From positions 1 to 18,662 of the IMG/VR virus record IMGVR_UViG_3300010259_000013: 18,662 bases of DNA; one strand, 5' to 3'. This DNA is from a virus. Lineage: Duplodnaviria > Heunggongvirae > Uroviricota > Caudoviricetes. Numbering within the stretch: position 1 is the stretch's first letter; each line of letters begins with the position of its first letter. Below are positions 15,445-18,662 of this stretch, in pieces. The position numbers and the translations under genes were made by a program. The notes beneath the pieces were generated by a model. The model did not search any database. It had not been told where the DNA came from and saw only the letters and a program-made list of their open reading frames with translations.

Positions 15445-16188
15445 ATGACGAGTCCCGCACAGCGCCACATGATGCGGGTCTCGGCAGCGATAACCGCGCA
15501 GCGGGAAGCCGCCCCGCTGCGACATGCAACTGTCTATGAGCAGATGCTGGTTAAGCTCGCCGCAGACCAGCGCACACTGAAAGCGATTTATTCAAAAGAG
15601 CTGAAGGCCGCGAAAAAACGCGAACTGCTGCCGTTCTGGTTGCCGTGGGTGAACGGCGTGCTGGAGCAGGGCAAAGGTGCACAGGATGACATTCTGATGA
15701 CGGTCATGCTGTGGCGTCTGGATACCGGCGATATTGCCGGTGCGCTGGAGATTGCCCGTTATGCCCTGAAGTACGGTCTGACCATGCCGGGTAAACACTG
15801 CCGCACCCCGCCGTACATGTTCACCGAGGAAGTGGCGCTTGCGGCCATGCGCGCTCACGCTGCCGGTGAGTCTGTGGATCCCCGCCTGCTGATGGACACC
15901 CTCGAACTGACCGCCACGGCTGACATGCCTGATGAAGTGCGCGCAAAGCTGCACAAAATCACCGGTCTGTTTCTGCGTGACGCTGGTAATGCCGCAGGGG
16001 CGCTGGCACACCTGCAACGTGCGACACAGCTCGACTGTCAGGCAGGCGTCAAAAAAGAGATTGAACGACTGGAGCGGGAGCTGAAACCGAAGCCGGAGCC
16101 GCAGCCCAAAGCGGCCACCCGCGCCCCGCGTAAGACCCGGAGCGTGACACCGGCAAAACGTGGACGCCCGAAAAAGAAAGCCAGTTAA
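15445..16188 (+). CDS. M: Terminase small/endonuclease subunit (P2 M-like)
   Basis: 247-aa ORF, same length as P2 M. Synteny. Confidence 0.9.
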   Translation: MTSPAQRHMMRVSAAITAQREAAPLRHATVYEQMLVKLAADQRTLKAIYSKELKAAKKRELLPFWLPWVNGVLEQGKGAQDDILMTVMLWRLDTGDIAGALEIARYALKYGLTMPGKHCRTPPYMFTEEVALAAMRAHAAGESVDPRLLMDTLELTATADMPDEVRAKLHKITGLFLRDAGNAAGALAHLQRATQLDCQAGVKKEIERLERELKPKPEPQPKAATRAPRKTRSVTPAKRGRPKKKAS

Positions 16189-16287
16189 CAACCGAATGCG
16201 CCCCGCGCCAGGGCGGCACGCCGGTCAGTGAGGGTGAATCACCTGACACTGCACCGGCGTCCACCGCCCGACTTTTCAGAGGTAGTC

Positions 16288-16797
16288 ATGATGACGCTGA
16301 TTATTCCGCGAAAGGAGGCTCCCGTGTCCGGTGAGGGTACGGTGGTCATCCCGCAACCGGCAGGCGACGAGCCGGTGATTAAAAACACGTTCTTTTTTCC
16401 CGATATCGACCCGAAGCGCGTCCGGGAACGTATGCGCCTTGAGCAGACCGTCGCCCCCGCCCGTCTGCGTGAGGCCATCAAGTCAGGCATGGCAGAGACG
16501 AATGCGGAGCTGTACGAGTACCGCGAACAGAAAATTGCCGCCGGTTTTACGCGTCTGGCGGACGTCCCGGCGGACGACATCGACGGTGAAAGCATCAAGG
16601 TTTTTTACTACGAGCGCGCCGTGTGTGCGATGGCGACCGCGTCGCTTTATGAGCGTTACCGCGGCGTGGATGCCAGTGCGAAAGGCGACAAGAAGGCCGA
16701 CAGCATTGACAGCACCATTGATGAGCTGTGGCGGGATATGCGCTGGGCGGTGGCGCGTATCCAGGACAAGCCGCGCTGCATCGTGAGTCAAATCTGA
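16288..16797 (+). CDS. L: Head completion/stabilisation protein (P2 L-like)
   Basis: ORF 16228-16797. ATG at 16288 (GAGG upstream) gives 169 aa, matching P2 L. Confidence 0.88.
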   Translation: MMTLIIPRKEAPVSGEGTVVIPQPAGDEPVIKNTFFFPDIDPKRVRERMRLEQTVAPARLREAIKSGMAETNAELYEYREQKIAAGFTRLADVPADDIDGESIKVFYYERAVCAMATASLYERYRGVDASAKGDKKADSIDSTIDELWRDMRWAVARIQDKPRCIVSQI

Positions 16798-17000
16798 TGA
16801 AGACCTTTGCGCTACAGGGCGACACGCTCGACGCCATCTGTGTCCGGTATTACGGGCGCACTGAGGGCGTGGTCGAAGCCGTGCTCGCCGCAAATCCGGG
16901 ACTGGCTGAACTGGGTGCGGTGCTGCCACACGGCACCGCCGTCGAACTGCCCGACGTTCAGACCGCGCCCGTGGCTGAAACTGTCAATCTGTGGGAGTAA
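16797..17000 (+). CDS. X: Tail protein X (P2 X-like)
   Basis: ATG at 16797 overlaps the L stop, giving 67 aa (MKTFALQGDTLDAICVRYYG...), matching P2 X. Confidence 0.85.
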   Translation: MKTFALQGDTLDAICVRYYGRTEGVVEAVLAANPGLAELGAVLPHGTAVELPDVQTAPVAETVNLWE

Positions 17001-17003
17001 CGC

Positions 17004-17285
17004 ATGACAGCAGAAGAAAAAAGCGTCCTGTCGCTTTTCATGATTGGGGTGCTGATTGTTGTCGGCAAGGTGCTTGCCGGTGGTGAACCCATCACCCCGC
17101 GTCTGTTTATCGGGCGCATGTTGCTCGGTGGTTTTGTCTCGATGGTTGCCGGTGTTGTTCTGGTGCAGTTCCCTGACCTGTCACTGCCTGCGGTGTGCGG
17201 CATCGGCTCCATGCTGGGTATCGCCGGTTATCAGGTGATTGAGATTGCCATTCAGCGCCGTTTTAAGGGCAGGGGGAAACCGTAA
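17004..17285 (+). CDS. Y: Holin (P2 Y-like)
   Basis: 93 aa, same length as P2 Y. Hydrophobic helices with a charged C-terminus (RRFKGRGKP). First gene of the lysis cassette. Confidence 0.9.
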   Translation: MTAEEKSVLSLFMIGVLIVVGKVLAGGEPITPRLFIGRMLLGGFVSMVAGVVLVQFPDLSLPAVCGIGSMLGIAGYQVIEIAIQRRFKGRGKP

Positions 17286-17782
17286 TGCCGGTAATTAACA
17301 CGCATCAGAATATCGCCGCCTTTCTCGACATGCTGGCCGTGTCCGAAGGGACGGCGAATCATCCGCTGACGAAAAACCGGGGCTATGACGTGATAGTCAC
17401 CGGACTGGACGGGAAGCCGGAAATTTTCACCGACTACAGTGACCACCCGTTCGCGCATGGCCGACCGGCGAAGGTGTTTAACCGTCGCGGTGAAAAATCC
17501 ACGGCCTCCGGTCGCTATCAGCAGCTTTACCTGTTCTGGCCGCACTACCGCAAACAGCTTGCCCTGCCTGATTTCAGTCCGTTGTCACAGGACAGACTCG
17601 CCATTCAGTTGATCCGCGAACGCGGTGCACTGGATGACATCCGGGCGGGACGCATTGAGCGCGCCATTTCACGCTGTCGCAATATCTGGGCGTCCCTGCC
17701 GGGTGCCGGTTACGGTCAGCGTGAGCATTCACTGGAAAAACTGGTCACCGTCTGGCGTACCGCTGGCGGCGTACCGGCTTAA
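17285..17782 (+). CDS. K: Endolysin (P2 K-like)
   Basis: 165 aa, same length as P2 K. ATG overlaps the Y stop (TAATG). Confidence 0.9.
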   Translation: MPVINTHQNIAAFLDMLAVSEGTANHPLTKNRGYDVIVTGLDGKPEIFTDYSDHPFAHGRPAKVFNRRGEKSTASGRYQQLYLFWPHYRKQLALPDFSPLSQDRLAIQLIRERGALDDIRAGRIERAISRCRNIWASLPGAGYGQREHSLEKLVTVWRTAGGVPA

Positions 17783-17796
17783 ACGGAGTAAACACC

Positions 17797-18222
17797 ATGA
17801 AGAAATTATCCCTTTCACTGATGCTGAACGTGTCGCTGGCGCTGATGCTGGCACTGTCACTGATTTACCCGCAGAGCGTGGCCGTCAATTTTGTCGCTGC
17901 CTGGGCGATTCTGGCGACGGTTATCTGTGTGGTTTCCGGTGGTGTCGGCGTGTATGCCACTGAGTATGTACTGGAACGCTACGGGCGGGAGCTGCCGCCG
18001 GAATCGCTGGCCGTGAAGATTGTCACGTCGCTGTTTTTGCAGCCGGTGCCGTGGCGCAGACGGGCGGCGGTTCTGGTAGTGGTGGTGGCGACGTTTAGCT
18101 CGCTGGTCGCTACCGGGTGGATTTTTACCGCGCTGATTTATCTCGTGGCATCGGTGTTCTTCCGGCTGATACGTACGGCCTGCCGTCAGCGTTTTGAGGG
18201 GCGGGAACCATGTCAAAGCTGA
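17797..18222 (+). CDS. lysA: Lysis-timing membrane protein LysA
   Basis: 141 aa, same length as P2 LysA. Multiple hydrophobic helices. Confidence 0.85.
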   Translation: MKKLSLSLMLNVSLALMLALSLIYPQSVAVNFVAAWAILATVICVVSGGVGVYATEYVLERYGRELPPESLAVKIVTSLFLQPVPWRRRAAVLVVVVATFSSLVATGWIFTALIYLVASVFFRLIRTACRQRFEGREPCQS

Positions 18223-18635
18223 TGATTGTGCTGGTTGTGTTGTTATCACTGGCGGTGGCGGGTCTGTTTCTGGTGAAACACAAAAATGCCAGCCTGCGCG
18301 CTTCGCTGGACAGGGCAAACAACGTCGCCAGTGAACAGCAGGCGACCATCACCATGCTGAAAAATCAGCTTCATGTTGCACTCACCAGGGCAGACAAAAA
18401 CGAGCTGGCGCAGGTGGCACTGCGTCAGGAACTGGAAAACGCCGCGAAGCGTGAAGCACAGCGCGAGAAAACCATCACGAGGTTACTGAATGAAAACGAA
18501 GATTTTCGCCGCTGGTACGGTGCTGACCTGCCTGATGCTGTGCGCCGGTTGCACCAGCGCCCCGCCTGCACCGACGCCAGTGATTGTCCACAACGCCTGC
18601 CCGAAAGTGAGCCTTTGCCCGATGCCGGGCAGTGA
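18210..18635 (+). CDS. lysB: Rz-like inner-membrane spanin LysB
   Basis: 141 aa, same length as P2 LysB. N-terminal TM helix followed by a charged coiled-coil-like region. Confidence 0.85.
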   Translation: MSKLMIVLVVLLSLAVAGLFLVKHKNASLRASLDRANNVASEQQATITMLKNQLHVALTRADKNELAQVALRQELENAAKREAQREKTITRLLNENEDFRRWYGADLPDAVRRLHQRPACTDASDCPQRLPESEPLPDAGQ

Positions 18636-18662
18636 CCCGCAGACGAACGGCGATTTAAGTGC
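18490..18662 (+). CDS. lysC: Rz1-like outer-membrane lipoprotein spanin LysC, embedded in lysB in the +1 frame; 3' end beyond the window
   Basis: ATG at 18490 inside lysB in a different frame. Signal peptide with a lipobox-like LCAGC, then a proline-rich segment (APPAPTP). Runs off the window end. Confidence 0.8.
   Translation, partial: MKTKIFAAGTVLTCLMLCAGCTSAPPAPTPVIVHNACPKVSLCPMPGSDPQTNGDLS

Noticed and set aside
13814-17545. Antisense and alternative-frame ORFs within O, N, M, L, X, Y and K (for example 13814-14272, 15592-16191, 16483-16929, 17252-17545)
   Set aside because: Same reasoning: they overlap strongly supported structural and lysis genes and lack independent signals.
1-18662. 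CRISPR arrays, tRNA or rRNA genes, IS elements
   Set aside because: No spaced direct-repeat array, no tRNA-like cloverleaf region (P2 does not integrate into a tRNA gene), and no transposase-like ORF or terminal inverted repeats were seen.

Overview
Read by eye, without tools: this window is roughly the int-proximal half of a P2-like (Peduovirus-type) prophage in an enterobacterial host. From the left it runs: a prophage-host junction with a P2-type att core (97-123); int, the C repressor, cox, B, a run of small early ORFs and A (rolling-circle initiator), all matching P2 in order and protein length; a variable, visibly AT-rich cargo region (about 6.5-10.4 kb) that contains the cos site (8581-8599); then the P2 late genes Q and P (minus strand) and O, N, M, L, X, Y, K, lysA, lysB with lysC embedded (plus strand, running off the window end). 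The cargo is the interesting part. Left of cos, at the position where P2 carries tin/old, sit two unrelated N-terminally membrane-anchored proteins, each associated with a copy of a conserved ~67-bp palindromic element. Right of cos, inserted between cos and the portal gene Q, is a tightly coupled two-gene operon: a ~200-aa putative minimal nucleotidyltransferase followed by a 353-aa DUF262/ParB-like protein (FQRRYVW and DGQQR motifs) with no recognisable nuclease domain. I do not recognise this pair as a named defence system and rank it as the top candidate for a new anti-phage or toxin-antitoxin module. No CRISPR array, tRNA or rRNA was recognised. All homology calls rest on recognised motifs, protein lengths and synteny, not on database searches.
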